Virus record (IMG/VR): IMGVR_UViG_3300037840_000188
Coordinates: 32,001-96,000 of that record
From: a virus
Reading direction: 5' to 3' (one strand)
DNA length: 64,000 bases
The translations under genes were made by a program, and so were the position numbers. This document shows, in pieces, positions 47,386-56,095 of the stretch. The notes under the pieces are model-generated. The model was not told the DNA's origin and searched no databases. It was given only the letters and a program-made list of their open reading frames with translations. Every line of letters begins with the position of its first letter. The stretch's first letter is position 1.

Positions 47386-47706
47386 ATGAACTGGCCAGTC
47401 ATCGGCTCATGGATCGTTGCGTTTGCCACGAAACATGAAGAAGCTCTCGGACTTTTCGCGCTCGCCATGGCTGTGACGATGCGGCCAAAATTACCGTGGC
47501 CTTTCGCCCTGATCGAGCCACTCGAATGGCTTTACGAATGGGTACGGGACGGCCTGCTCACATTCGTGTCGATGCGCGGCCCAGCGCATTCAGAAGCAAG
47601 CGTAGAGAAAACCACGAAGTCCATCATAGACCAAACTGGCAAGACAACCGAGGTCACCTCTTCAATCAAGGCCGAAGAGGGAACGCACGAGGAGTCAGCG
47701 AAATGA
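47386..47706 (+). CDS. membrane protein (holin-like candidate)
   Basis: Hydrophobic N-half, charged tail. Confidence 0.45.
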   Translation: MNWPVIGSWIVAFATKHEEALGLFALAMAVTMRPKLPWPFALIEPLEWLYEWVRDGLLTFVSMRGPAHSEASVEKTTKSIIDQTGKTTEVTSSIKAEEGTHEESAK

Positions 47707-48239
47707 TGCGATTGATTCTCATTCTGGCAGTCTCCTCAGTCGCCCTCGCCGACTCCAAATCAGACAGAGACCGCATTGCTGAACTCAATCGCCAGAACGC
47801 GGATCTGATCCAGCAGATAAAAGCCTCGATAGCAGGAAATCAATCCGAACTTCTCAAGCTCCGCGCCCAGGTCGCCGCGCGGTCGAAAGATGCTGCTTCT
47901 CTCGCGGCCTCCGGTCGCTCTGAGGCAAAGGCAACAGCGAGCGGCCAGTCCGATGCCATTGCAACCGTACAGCAGTCCACGGATGCCATCCAGCTCCAGA
48001 TCGCGCAACTGAAGGCAGCGAGTCCGGTCAATTCAGTTCCAGTGTGGCTCGCGGCAATAGCTCTGATCGGGACGTTTTTCGGAACGCTCGGCACCGTGAT
48101 ACTCGCAATCATCAATCACACGAAAACGAGCGTCATTGAACAGCATGTCAACGGCATGGTAGAGAAGATGGGTGCGGCACGGGAACAAAAAGGCCGTGAC
48201 GATGCGCGCGCCGAGGACAGAGAAGTTCGTGGTGGATGA
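47703..48239 (+). CDS. signal-peptide coiled-coil protein with C-terminal TM
   Basis: MMRLILILAVSSVALA; AAIALIGTFFG. Confidence 0.55.
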   Translation: MMRLILILAVSSVALADSKSDRDRIAELNRQNADLIQQIKASIAGNQSELLKLRAQVAARSKDAASLAASGRSEAKATASGQSDAIATVQQSTDAIQLQIAQLKAASPVNSVPVWLAAIALIGTFFGTLGTVILAIINHTKTSVIEQHVNGMVEKMGAAREQKGRDDARAEDREVRGG

Positions 48240-48461
48240 TGGACGGCGACGAGATAGGGCGTGCGGAAGAGGTCTATCAGTTTGTGTCGGAGCTAGCGGA
48301 CGCGCTCCAGGACGCGCTGGAGATGGTGGATTCAGGACCACACAGCAGAGAGTCTGTGCTTCAGGAGTTTGCAGCACGGCTGGTGCTTATGATGCGCTCG
48401 AATAGCGAGTAGAATCAGCGGACGGGCAGTGGCGTGCTCTTAGGTGGGGGAGGTGGTGCGC

Positions 48462-48671
48462 ATGCAGACCAGGAAAGCCAGTCCTCCGGCTGAGCAAGCT
48501 AAGGAGTTAGAGCGTCGCGTCAAGGCTCTCGAAGATCGACTCGCAGCAGGGCCAGGCGCTCAGGGACGTCCCGGCGAGAAGGGTGCCCGGGGCGAGAAGG
48601 GCGACACTGGCGAGTCTGGAAATCGCGGAGCAGAAGGACCACGGGGTCCTGGGTTTTGGGGAGGGGAATAA
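48462..48671 (+). CDS. short collagen-like protein
   Basis: G-X-Y repeats. Confidence 0.55.
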   Translation: MQTRKASPPAEQAKELERRVKALEDRLAAGPGAQGRPGEKGARGEKGDTGESGNRGAEGPRGPGFWGGE

Positions 48672-48674
48672 ATC

Positions 48675-48890
48675 ATGGAAACGTTGATCTATGTATTGAT
48701 CTGTATTGTCATATTCTGCATTCTTGCCTATGGGCTGCTTTGGGTCTGCGGCAAATTCTTCCCGGAATTTCCGCCCGCCCGCTGGATTTGCGGAGCCATC
48801 CTACTGATCGTTTTGCTTATTTTTGCGGCCAGTCAATTTGGTGGTGGAAGCGGCGTTCACTTCCCTGAATTTCGACACGATTCGCGTTAG
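48675..48890 (+). CDS. small two-TM membrane protein
   Basis: Two hydrophobic helices; GGAGG SD. Confidence 0.65.
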   Translation: METLIYVLICIVIFCILAYGLLWVCGKFFPEFPPARWICGAILLIVLLIFAASQFGGGSGVHFPEFRHDSR

Positions 48891-49153
48891 CGCGGCGCGA
48901 GGAAGCAGTGAATCTTGCGGCCTTCGGTGCGAGTGCAGAGACGCCAGTCGCCCTTGTGGATACGTTGACCGGCGGTGAGAATTGTGGAGCGGAAGGAGGG
49001 AACCGTGAGATTGGTGGGGGTAACGACTTCCAGTTGCTGGCCCGGCTCAAGAGCCTTTAACTGGGAATTCAAACCGGACCAGTCGGATCGTTGTCTGGGG
49101 ATATCCAGAAGTTCACTGACCCGACCGATCCTGGTTCGAAGAGGACTCGCCAT
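48887..49153 (-). CDS. hypothetical protein, last gene of TROVE operon
   Basis: Adjacent to upstream stop. Confidence 0.6.
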   Translation of the reverse strand: MASPLRTRIGRVSELLDIPRQRSDWSGLNSQLKALEPGQQLEVVTPTNLTVPSFRSTILTAGQRIHKGDWRLCTRTEGRKIHCFLAPR

Positions 49154-49498
49154 CTACCGCCCGGTTTTCGCCGGTGTGAGGCCGAGCTTGTTCTGGAGAG
49201 CCGCCATCTTCTTGACAGCTTCAGTCTTGCGCTCGCTCGTGGTCTTGTAACCCTCAAGCTCTGCTTCGATACGCTTCAGCTCTGCCATATCGGCAGCGCG
49301 AGTGCGACGGTCGATCTCATCACGCAGAACGGTGGTCGACTTCTCCAACCATTCCGGCGCGGAGATCTGAAGGTGGCCGTACTCATTCTCCAGATTGCGC
49401 GCGTAGGCCGATAGCGTCACCGCTTCGTCCATATCAAGAACGCGATCCAGATTCAGATTCTTCAATGCCTGTAACATTGCTTTAATCCTTTCTACCAC
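49154..49498 (-). CDS. coiled-coil protein, TROVE operon
   Basis: Helical, charged. Confidence 0.65.
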   Translation of the reverse strand: MVERIKAMLQALKNLNLDRVLDMDEAVTLSAYARNLENEYGHLQISAPEWLEKSTTVLRDEIDRRTRAADMAELKRIEAELEGYKTTSERKTEAVKKMAALQNKLGLTPAKTGR

Positions 49499-49503
49499 GA
49501 AGC

Positions 49504-50097
49504 TCAGCGCGAGCGCGGCTTGGCAGTTATTTTTCGCAAATCATTCAAGCGCTCGACGAGCGCCTCGTTAGCCAGGTAAGTCTTGTAATTTATCTCATCC
49601 GGCTGATTTAGATAATGCATATCCGAGGAAACACGACCATATTCGGATGAGGCTATCCACGCCGAATATTCCATGCTCCCCCGAAGCTTATTACAGCGAC
49701 GGCAGGCGCTAACTAGATTGTCCTCAGCCGTCGCCCCACCATCCTCCCAGAGAATTACGTGATCCACCGTTAATGGCTTTTCTTGACCACAGTACCTACA
49801 CCGAAAGTGATCTCTCCGAAAGACATTCCAGCTGACGAACTGATCTATCTGCCGCTGGCTCTTTCGAAGAATCGCCTTTCCCGGCCCTCGCACATCGAGC
49901 ACGTCGGACTGATTCAGGAAGCGCTCCCACTGAGCGGTGTCCATCACGAGCAGTTCGTGCTCGCCCGCGAGGTCTTCGTCTGGTAACGGGACGAGATACA
50001 CTTTCCCGTTACCAGTCCAGATCGCACCGCCGAGTTGAATCGTGTGGCCGACTTCGAGGATGTCGAGGTCGGCTAACGTCACCTGAGTGGCGGTCAT
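49504..50097 (-). CDS. HNH endonuclease with N-terminal extension
   Basis: RDHFRCRYCG...LTVDHV...NLVSACRRCN. Confidence 0.88.
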   Translation of the reverse strand: MTATQVTLADLDILEVGHTIQLGGAIWTGNGKVYLVPLPDEDLAGEHELLVMDTAQWERFLNQSDVLDVRGPGKAILRKSQRQIDQFVSWNVFRRDHFRCRYCGQEKPLTVDHVILWEDGGATAEDNLVSACRRCNKLRGSMEYSAWIASSEYGRVSSDMHYLNQPDEINYKTYLANEALVERLNDLRKITAKPRSR

Positions 50098-51614
50098 GCC
50101 GCCACCAACTCACGAACGCCGAGCACCTGATCGAGGGTCAACAGAGGGCACGACATGATCTTTTCAACGACACCAAACCGAGAGGCGTTCATCGACTGTA
50201 CGAGGTTTGGCAGCGCATAGTAGTCGGTCCCATTCGTCAGATCATATTCCGTGAACTGCAACCCAGCCGCTGCCATTGCGGCTCCAAACAGACGCGGACT
50301 TCCATTGCCCATCGCGTACCGAGCATCAACAAATGTCCGGTACAGGTAAACCGGAACCTGCTTGTCCGTCTGGCGCTTGAAATGTTGATACGCCGTCGCG
50401 AACATCGGGTGACTGTTCTCGCCTCCATCGCCCACGATTGCGATCCCATCGATATTAAGCTTCTTGTCGAGCGCCCAAGCGAGGCCAACGCCATACGAAG
50501 TACCACCGCTGGCGAAGATGAACTTCGTCTGCCCTTTGATCTCGTCAAGCGTCTTGCCGGTTACCTCGATAGGAGTCACGTCCGTATTGCAGAAAACAAG
50601 CCATACGCGGCCCGTCACAAACTTCGCAATAGCAGCACCGATGTGCGCTCCGAGTTCAATAGCCTGCTCCTGCGACTGGCTGCGATCCACGATCACAAGC
50701 CAATCACCCTCAATCCCCCGCCCCGCATCCTTCTGAGCCTGAATCTGACGCTCCTGGAGTTCGCGAAGCATGGTCTTCAATCCCTTGTCCTCGACTTCAT
50801 CAGCCGCGACCGAGGTCTTGAGCGTTGCCTTATTGCTCTTCGTCGCCTTCGCAACTTTCTTTCGGAAGGTGTCCTTCAGCGCGGCATCTCGCGAGAGACC
50901 CTTCTTTTCGAGGCTCTTTGCCCGCGTCACGACCTCGGTATCGCTCATTTGGTCCATACCGGCCTGAACGACCTCTGAGGCCTGCTGCGTGGCCTTTGCG
51001 CCAGTCATGGCACCACTGACCACCAGTGGAGACAAATGCCACTTCTGGATCGTTGCAGCAACCTGTGCCGGGGTCATCTTCGAGAGATTCTTGATGTCGG
51101 CGAAGATCGTACCCTGCGCCGGATTGCCGTTGAACAGCACATCCGCAGCGAAAGCTGGAATCTTCGCATGAGTCAGCGCGTACAGCGACTTCAAACTGCG
51201 CCGGTGGCGAGCCGCGAGGCGGTTCCATTTGCCCGGCTCGGCAGCCTTGGCGTCGAGATAAGAATGGATCATCCGTTTGATCGCCGTATCGCGACGGCGG
51301 GCCAAATTAAGTGTGGCCGAGAAGCGGAGCGCGCGAAGAATTTCGCGCGGCGACTGCATCGCCAGATGCGCCAGCGAGTTCTCGACAAGCTCATCGGGAA
51401 ACTCACGCGTGGCCAGCGTGATCACTGGGAGAGCGATCTTTGTATCCTTTATTTGCCCGTTCGTGAAGTCAAAAGCGATTAAATGGGCGAGAAATTCCGG
51501 GTCCTGACGGCAGGCTGCGCCGATCACGTTCTGATAGGCGGCGAGGTCTCCGTGAAGGGAAAGATTTAACTTCCCTACGATTTCGTTGCGCGTGATTCCG
51601 AGTTCTTGTGACAT
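50094..51614 (-). CDS. TROVE/Ro60-like protein with C-terminal vWA domain
   Basis: Helical N-region with QDPEFLAHLI; vWA VIVDRSQS, GGTS, IVGDGGEN; Y-RNA-like genes upstream. Confidence 0.75.
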   Translation of the reverse strand: MSQELGITRNEIVGKLNLSLHGDLAAYQNVIGAACRQDPEFLAHLIAFDFTNGQIKDTKIALPVITLATREFPDELVENSLAHLAMQSPREILRALRFSATLNLARRRDTAIKRMIHSYLDAKAAEPGKWNRLAARHRRSLKSLYALTHAKIPAFAADVLFNGNPAQGTIFADIKNLSKMTPAQVAATIQKWHLSPLVVSGAMTGAKATQQASEVVQAGMDQMSDTEVVTRAKSLEKKGLSRDAALKDTFRKKVAKATKSNKATLKTSVAADEVEDKGLKTMLRELQERQIQAQKDAGRGIEGDWLVIVDRSQSQEQAIELGAHIGAAIAKFVTGRVWLVFCNTDVTPIEVTGKTLDEIKGQTKFIFASGGTSYGVGLAWALDKKLNIDGIAIVGDGGENSHPMFATAYQHFKRQTDKQVPVYLYRTFVDARYAMGNGSPRLFGAAMAAAGLQFTEYDLTNGTDYYALPNLVQSMNASRFGVVEKIMSCPLLTLDQVLGVRELVAA

Positions 51615-51623
51615 AAAAATAAA

Positions 51624-51792
51624 GGGCGGCGTGTCGATGGACTGTTGCTTTTAGGCAATCACCAAATGATTGTGCCCCGCCGTGGAGCCTCTCCCCCGTA
51701 AGCGCTTTTCAGCAGTTTTATGGGTGGGGGAGGTCGGAATCGAACCGACTGTCTTCTTGCGAAGATGCGTGTAAGTCCGTCAGTTTCCGCCC
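51624..51792 (-). ncRNA. Y RNA-like (YrlA-type, permuted T/acceptor/D)
   Basis: Terminal stem, T arm GTCGG-TTCGATT-CCGAC, closed acceptor. Confidence 0.75.
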
Positions 51793-51829
51793 TAACTTAG
51801 TGCCTCAATAAAACGGAGGCGAAATCAAA

Positions 51830-51994
51830 GGAAGCCATGTCGATGCGCTTTGCTGTTATTGGCAAGTCATGCGCTCTACCGCTGAGCTAATCGCTCACTG
51901 GTGAAATCGTTTCCGACTAGTCGACCAGTGAACGATTCTGGATTTGAACCAGAGACCTCATGAATTAAACGTGTATGCGCGTCAGTTTGCTTCC
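51830..51994 (-). ncRNA. Y RNA-like (YrlA-type, permuted)
   Basis: T arm, long closed acceptor, then D arm TAGCTCAGCGGTAGAGC. Confidence 0.85.
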
Positions 51995-52033
51995 TGTCTC
52001 GATGAAAGCCGCGTCGTCAGACTCTCGAACTTA

Positions 52034-52157
52034 TTCCCGGCATGTCGATGCGCGTTGATCCCTTACGGGAACGGTTGGAGTTGAACCAACTACCTAAAGC
52101 GTTGAAGGCTTTTGCTCTACCAAATGAGCTACGTGTAAGCGCGTCAGTGTCCGGGAA
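52034..52157 (-). ncRNA. Y RNA-like, non-permuted with UCA anticodon loop
   Basis: D arm, AAAGC-CTTCAAC-GCTTT, T arm; shared terminal motifs instead of acceptor/CCA. Confidence 0.75.
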
Positions 52158-52185
52158 AACCTTTCGAACTTGCGTCCGAAACATC

Positions 52186-52216
52186 AGACTACCACATTAC
52201 CCATGTTACCTGTCAA
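52186..52216 (-). promoter_or_regulatory. promoter of the Y-RNA/TROVE operon
   Basis: TTGACA...TGG-TAGTCT (extended -10, 19-nt spacer). Confidence 0.5.
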
Positions 52217-52236
52217 GTGATTTCTGAAAATAAATC

Positions 52237-52725
52237 TCAGACCTTAACAGTCAGCACCGGATCTGAATAAGCCTGATCCAGAATCTTCGTCTCCTGAATG
52301 GGCGACCCGACATTCGTCAGCAGCTCCCGCTCCGCCGTAGCCGACCCCTTATCGAAGTGCGACGCCTCATGTACGAGCCCGGTCTTACGCTCGAAGTCGT
52401 TCCGCTTCTGATGGGTGTCAAGCTCGACGCGCTCATATCCCTGCCGCCGGTAGACTTCAGGCATCTGAAGATCGGCACGTGCGGGAATGCGGCGCTCGCC
52501 GGTGCGGGGGTTCATATACACCACGGCGCGTTCGGATGGGTGGATCGAGGAGATGCGGCTTCCACCGTGGGGGGCCGTATGTCCGTGCTTCCCGGATTCA
52601 TCCTGGCAATATGGCCAGGACCCTACCGGGCGCGGTCGGCCACATGAAGGACACAGATCAACAACACCAGCAGGAGCAGGGGGAGATTCTCGCGATTGAG
52701 CAGAAATTTCATTGACGGAAGTCAT
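52237..52725 (-). CDS. hypothetical zinc-finger protein
   Basis: CPSCG...WPYC...H. Confidence 0.6.
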   Translation of the reverse strand: MTSVNEISAQSRESPPAPAGVVDLCPSCGRPRPVGSWPYCQDESGKHGHTAPHGGSRISSIHPSERAVVYMNPRTGERRIPARADLQMPEVYRRQGYERVELDTHQKRNDFERKTGLVHEASHFDKGSATAERELLTNVGSPIQETKILDQAYSDPVLTVKV

Positions 52726-52729
52726 TAGA

Positions 52730-52879
52730 TTAGCACGCACACTTCCCAAACCTCTCCGCACACCGACACAGATTGCACCTGCAATCCCGAGATCGCGCTA
52801 TCCACGGCGACATCAGGATGGCGCTGAAGAGCAACGCAAGACCGAGGAGAGCAAGTAACGTGGGGCGAGTCAGGGTCAT
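52730..52879 (-). CDS. small TM protein with Cys-rich tail
   Basis: MTLTRPTLLALLGLALL...CRCNLCRC...CAC. Confidence 0.45.
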   Translation of the reverse strand: MTLTRPTLLALLGLALLFSAILMSPWIARSRDCRCNLCRCAERFGKCAC

Positions 52880-53073
52880 GTCCGCGAAGGCGTAAGCCGC
52901 CCGGTGACCACGGCAAATGCCGCTAGATCGTCCTCGTCTTTGATCGAGACGTTCACGCCGCCGAGGTCCACATCCATGTAATCTTTCTTCGTTACTGGAT
53001 CGATCTGCGGGGAGACCCGTACGACTTGATCGAGATTCAGGAGTTGGCCGGTTTTTAGCTTAAAGAGGGTCAA
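52876..53073 (-). CDS. hypothetical protein
   Basis: Coupled ORF. Confidence 0.45.
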   Translation of the reverse strand: MTLFKLKTGQLLNLDQVVRVSPQIDPVTKKDYMDVDLGGVNVSIKDEDDLAAFAVVTGRLTPSRT

Positions 53074-53375
53074 TACGTCGCTCCGTACAGCGCAGGCCGG
53101 ATCACAGTGCTCCACGTGAATTCGCTCACCGAGACGCCCTGCGAGCGGTTCTTTAGTCGCTTCAGTACGTCTGGCGGGATGATAATTCTCGCAACACCTT
53201 CGCCATTCGGCATTTCCTCGATAGAGCATTCAGGGCAGACTGGCTTCGGCTTCGCCTGGCGTGGGGCTGGTGCGCCCTCGGGGGCTTCTTCGACTCGCTC
53301 CGCTTGCGGGAGCGGTATTGCGGATTGCTTGACTGGGGGGCGGAGGACTGTTGGCTTTTCGGCTGCTGTACTCAT
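53070..53375 (-). CDS. hypothetical protein
   Basis: GGAG SD, coupled. Confidence 0.55.
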   Translation of the reverse strand: MSTAAEKPTVLRPPVKQSAIPLPQAERVEEAPEGAPAPRQAKPKPVCPECSIEEMPNGEGVARIIIPPDVLKRLKNRSQGVSVSEFTWSTVIRPALYGATY

Positions 53376-53641
53376 TATTTCTGATCTCCGATATTTTCTA
53401 TTCTGACACATCTTCCAGCGTATTCTTCATCGGTCTCGTTAATCCGGCGCGACGGGAGCGCGTACATGGTTCCGTCCGGCATCCATGGCGCTGAGCGGAT
53501 GTCCGGCATCACGAACTGGATATCGTCTGGTGTTGCTGGGATCGTCTTGATGTTGGCCACTTTTCGGTAGACCTCGTCTGCGGCCCGAAAGGCGGCTATG
53601 TGGAGTGGGTTGAAGGGGTCGAATTTAAAAGTATCGCTCAT
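53375..53641 (-). CDS. hypothetical protein
   Basis: ORF track. Confidence 0.5.
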   Translation of the reverse strand: MSDTFKFDPFNPLHIAAFRAADEVYRKVANIKTIPATPDDIQFVMPDIRSAPWMPDGTMYALPSRRINETDEEYAGRCVRIENIGDQK

Positions 53642-53644
53642 GAT

Positions 53645-54562
53645 TTAATCGTCAGACCAGTCGTCCACCGCCGCTGCCCAAGCCTCGCGATACGACTTTT
53701 GCTCGCCGCTCATCGTTGGAGCTAGGTGCTGCCAGTCTACATCGAGTCGCTCTGTGACAGGCTCGTCAGTTCGCTCTGGATTATCTGTCCAGCGATGACC
53801 AGCCCAGAATGCCAGGTTACAGGCCCGGAGGCGATCATCGTGGATTCCATAAGCACCACGAGCAGTCATTCTTTGCATGTCAACAACGGCATTAGCGTAC
53901 TCATCTACAGCCCACGGCGACATTAATTTCACCCTGCGAGACATCAGGTGCATGCGTGCCCTGGTCCACAGAATTCTCGTGCTCCTTGGCGTCGCCTGCC
54001 AGCCTATAACGTTCGTGTCTTCCGCGACGGTGTTGGCAAACTGCTGCCACATCCACATATTCCCGTACCCAAGTCGGATTAATTCCTGCGTCATTAGGGG
54101 ACCGGGGCCGGGGTATGACTCGTATATAAACTCGCACTGATCCCCTTCTTCTCCCGCGTACATGCGCCCCATGACATTGGCTACTTTTGCCAGCTCTGCA
54201 GCATCAACAGGAGCCGCGAACTCGGCCACCTGAAGATCCCGCATGACAAACGCTTGTGTGCCCGTAGCCTTGTCGATGACCGGCTTATTATTCTTGAATA
54301 GCGGCATCTTTATGGCATTCGGTCGGAAAATTTCGATCACGCCGTTATCGGTCTTATAGTCATCTTCGCGACGAGACCCTCGGCTCCAGTTCGTAATCCC
54401 CTCGGACGGGTCCGCCGCCATTATGTATTTGGCCCAATGTTTTGGCTCTTCCCAGACGAGCAGTAATCCCCTGGGGTCACCATTGACAGACTCGTCGGCT
54501 TCGCCAGTTCGCAAGAAGGAACTTCCAGATACGTGGAAGGCGGATTGGAATTCGTCGTTCAC
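53645..54562 (-). CDS. terminase large subunit, nuclease domain
   Basis: YIMAADPSEG, QVAEF, GIHDDRLRA. Confidence 0.85.
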   Translation of the reverse strand: MNDEFQSAFHVSGSSFLRTGEADESVNGDPRGLLLVWEEPKHWAKYIMAADPSEGITNWSRGSRREDDYKTDNGVIEIFRPNAIKMPLFKNNKPVIDKATGTQAFVMRDLQVAEFAAPVDAAELAKVANVMGRMYAGEEGDQCEFIYESYPGPGPLMTQELIRLGYGNMWMWQQFANTVAEDTNVIGWQATPRSTRILWTRARMHLMSRRVKLMSPWAVDEYANAVVDMQRMTARGAYGIHDDRLRACNLAFWAGHRWTDNPERTDEPVTERLDVDWQHLAPTMSGEQKSYREAWAAAVDDWSDD

Positions 54563-54568
54563 AATATC

Positions 54569-55825
54569 CTAGTTTACCGACAACTCATACTCATAACAGG
54601 CCCCTGGATTCATGCACTCGTTAGTTAGCTGCTCGATAAGCTCTGGCGACAAGGCCCCTTTATGTGGCGATTGAAAGGTCTCTCCGGGATCAGCCCCAAA
54701 ATTGGTCAGAAACTCTGGCAACTCTCCGTTACTTACATGCTCTGCCCGCGTGGACTCCCACCAATAAAGCTGCTCGCGAGTCGGTCGATATGTAATGCCA
54801 TCATTGAACTCCGGCGAAGTGCGCTCGATCTTCTCGGCGTGCTTACGTGTATGCTCTTCCGGAACCCAATCATCTGGCGCAATGGCTCGATATTTGGTTT
54901 TGTTATACCACCACGGAACGAAGCAATAAATCCAGTCCTCGTAACCTCGACGGTGCCACCTCGCTCCCTCCGAAGACTCATGCCAATAATTCCCCTTACC
55001 GTCAGACGTAGATTCCTGCACGTGGAGGGTCGTGATGGCTTTTGGAATCGAAGGAACGAAGCTGAACCTTATTTTTCCAGGCTGCTTGAATAACGCGACC
55101 TCAGTGAGGTGCGAAATATCGTTCTGCGTACCCGTGCCAAAGCCAGTTTCCGAATTCTCCGCCTGATAGCTGATACGACTTGATATCGGATCTTCAAATC
55201 CCAGTTCCGCATTCTGTTTGTCAGGATAAATGTTAGGCTTTAACCACCAGGCGAGCTTATCGAGAAAGAGATGATCACGAGCAAAAACTTCCGAAATGCG
55301 CTGATCGTCGAGAGTCGCGAACAGGCCGCGCACTGGATACCAGAAAAGCATCCGATGCCACATCATGCCGCGCACTGTCGCTGTTGCGGCGACCTGGCGA
55401 ACCTTGTGGATGTACGCCTTAATGCCTGTCGTGAACTTATACTTGCGCTGCTCTTCGTGGCACTCTACCTCGCGCTTGCCAAAAAGTTTGATATATCGAT
55501 GCTGAGATTCAAGCAGCATTGGCGGTCCGATACCGCTGCCACGCCCGACGCCGGGGTCGATTTCCAGATTGAAATATCTCGAAAAAAAATACTCGAAGTC
55601 TACCTTGCATAACAGGCGCTCACTATCCAGAAATTCTTCTTCCTCGCGGTTTAGTGGCCTGATTAATTGCCCCTGCGGTAGGAGCTTTCTTGTTTTCGGA
55701 TCGCGAATCAGCGTCTCTAGGTGCGTAGAAAATTCAATCGAACGGTCGCGGCTCTGGCGCTGGAATTTGAGACCAGCCTTTTTGGCCTTGTGTAAACGCT
55801 GGGCGATTATTTCCTGACTGTACGT
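54569..55825 (-). CDS. terminase large subunit, ATPase domain (inferred ACG start)
   Basis: HKVRQVAAT (Walker A-like), HLTEVA (Walker B), ESTSDG, FVPWW. Confidence 0.85.
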   Translation of the reverse strand, partial: TYSQEIIAQRLHKAKKAGLKFQRQSRDRSIEFSTHLETLIRDPKTRKLLPQGQLIRPLNREEEEFLDSERLLCKVDFEYFFSRYFNLEIDPGVGRGSGIGPPMLLESQHRYIKLFGKREVECHEEQRKYKFTTGIKAYIHKVRQVAATATVRGMMWHRMLFWYPVRGLFATLDDQRISEVFARDHLFLDKLAWWLKPNIYPDKQNAELGFEDPISSRISYQAENSETGFGTGTQNDISHLTEVALFKQPGKIRFSFVPSIPKAITTLHVQESTSDGKGNYWHESSEGARWHRRGYEDWIYCFVPWWYNKTKYRAIAPDDWVPEEHTRKHAEKIERTSPEFNDGITYRPTREQLYWWESTRAEHVSNGELPEFLTNFGADPGETFQSPHKGALSPELIEQLTNECMNPGACYEYELSVN

Positions 55826-56016
55826 AGCCGATTCTCCTGTGCCATCCCGACGCGCTCTGTATAACCCTGCCTGCTCTGCGCCTCGGTAGCCTTACGATAC
55901 TCCGCAGCATCCCGAGCCGTCCACTGCCTGTTACCGATGGCGCGCAGGGCGACTACGTTGTCAGTGGGACCGTCGCCGAAGAGGCGGAATTTTTTGGAGA
56001 GGATGGGTTCTGTCAT
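55807..56016 (-). CDS. hypothetical protein
   Basis: ORF track. Confidence 0.5.
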   Translation of the reverse strand: MTEPILSKKFRLFGDGPTDNVVALRAIGNRQWTARDAAEYRKATEAQSRQGYTERVGMAQENRLRTVRK

Positions 56017-56095
56017 ACCGTGTTAAGCTAAGGGCTGACCGCCCAGTGCGTCAAACACTGAACGGCCAGCAAACGACCACGGGAGGGTCGCCGCA

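Noticed and set aside
51624-52157. CRISPR array or ordinary tRNA genes
   Set aside because: Repeats are paired ends of structured RNAs; no free acceptor/CCA; no cas genes.
52034-52157. tRNA-Sec or functional opal suppressor
   Set aside because: No long variable arm, no acceptor stem, no CCA.
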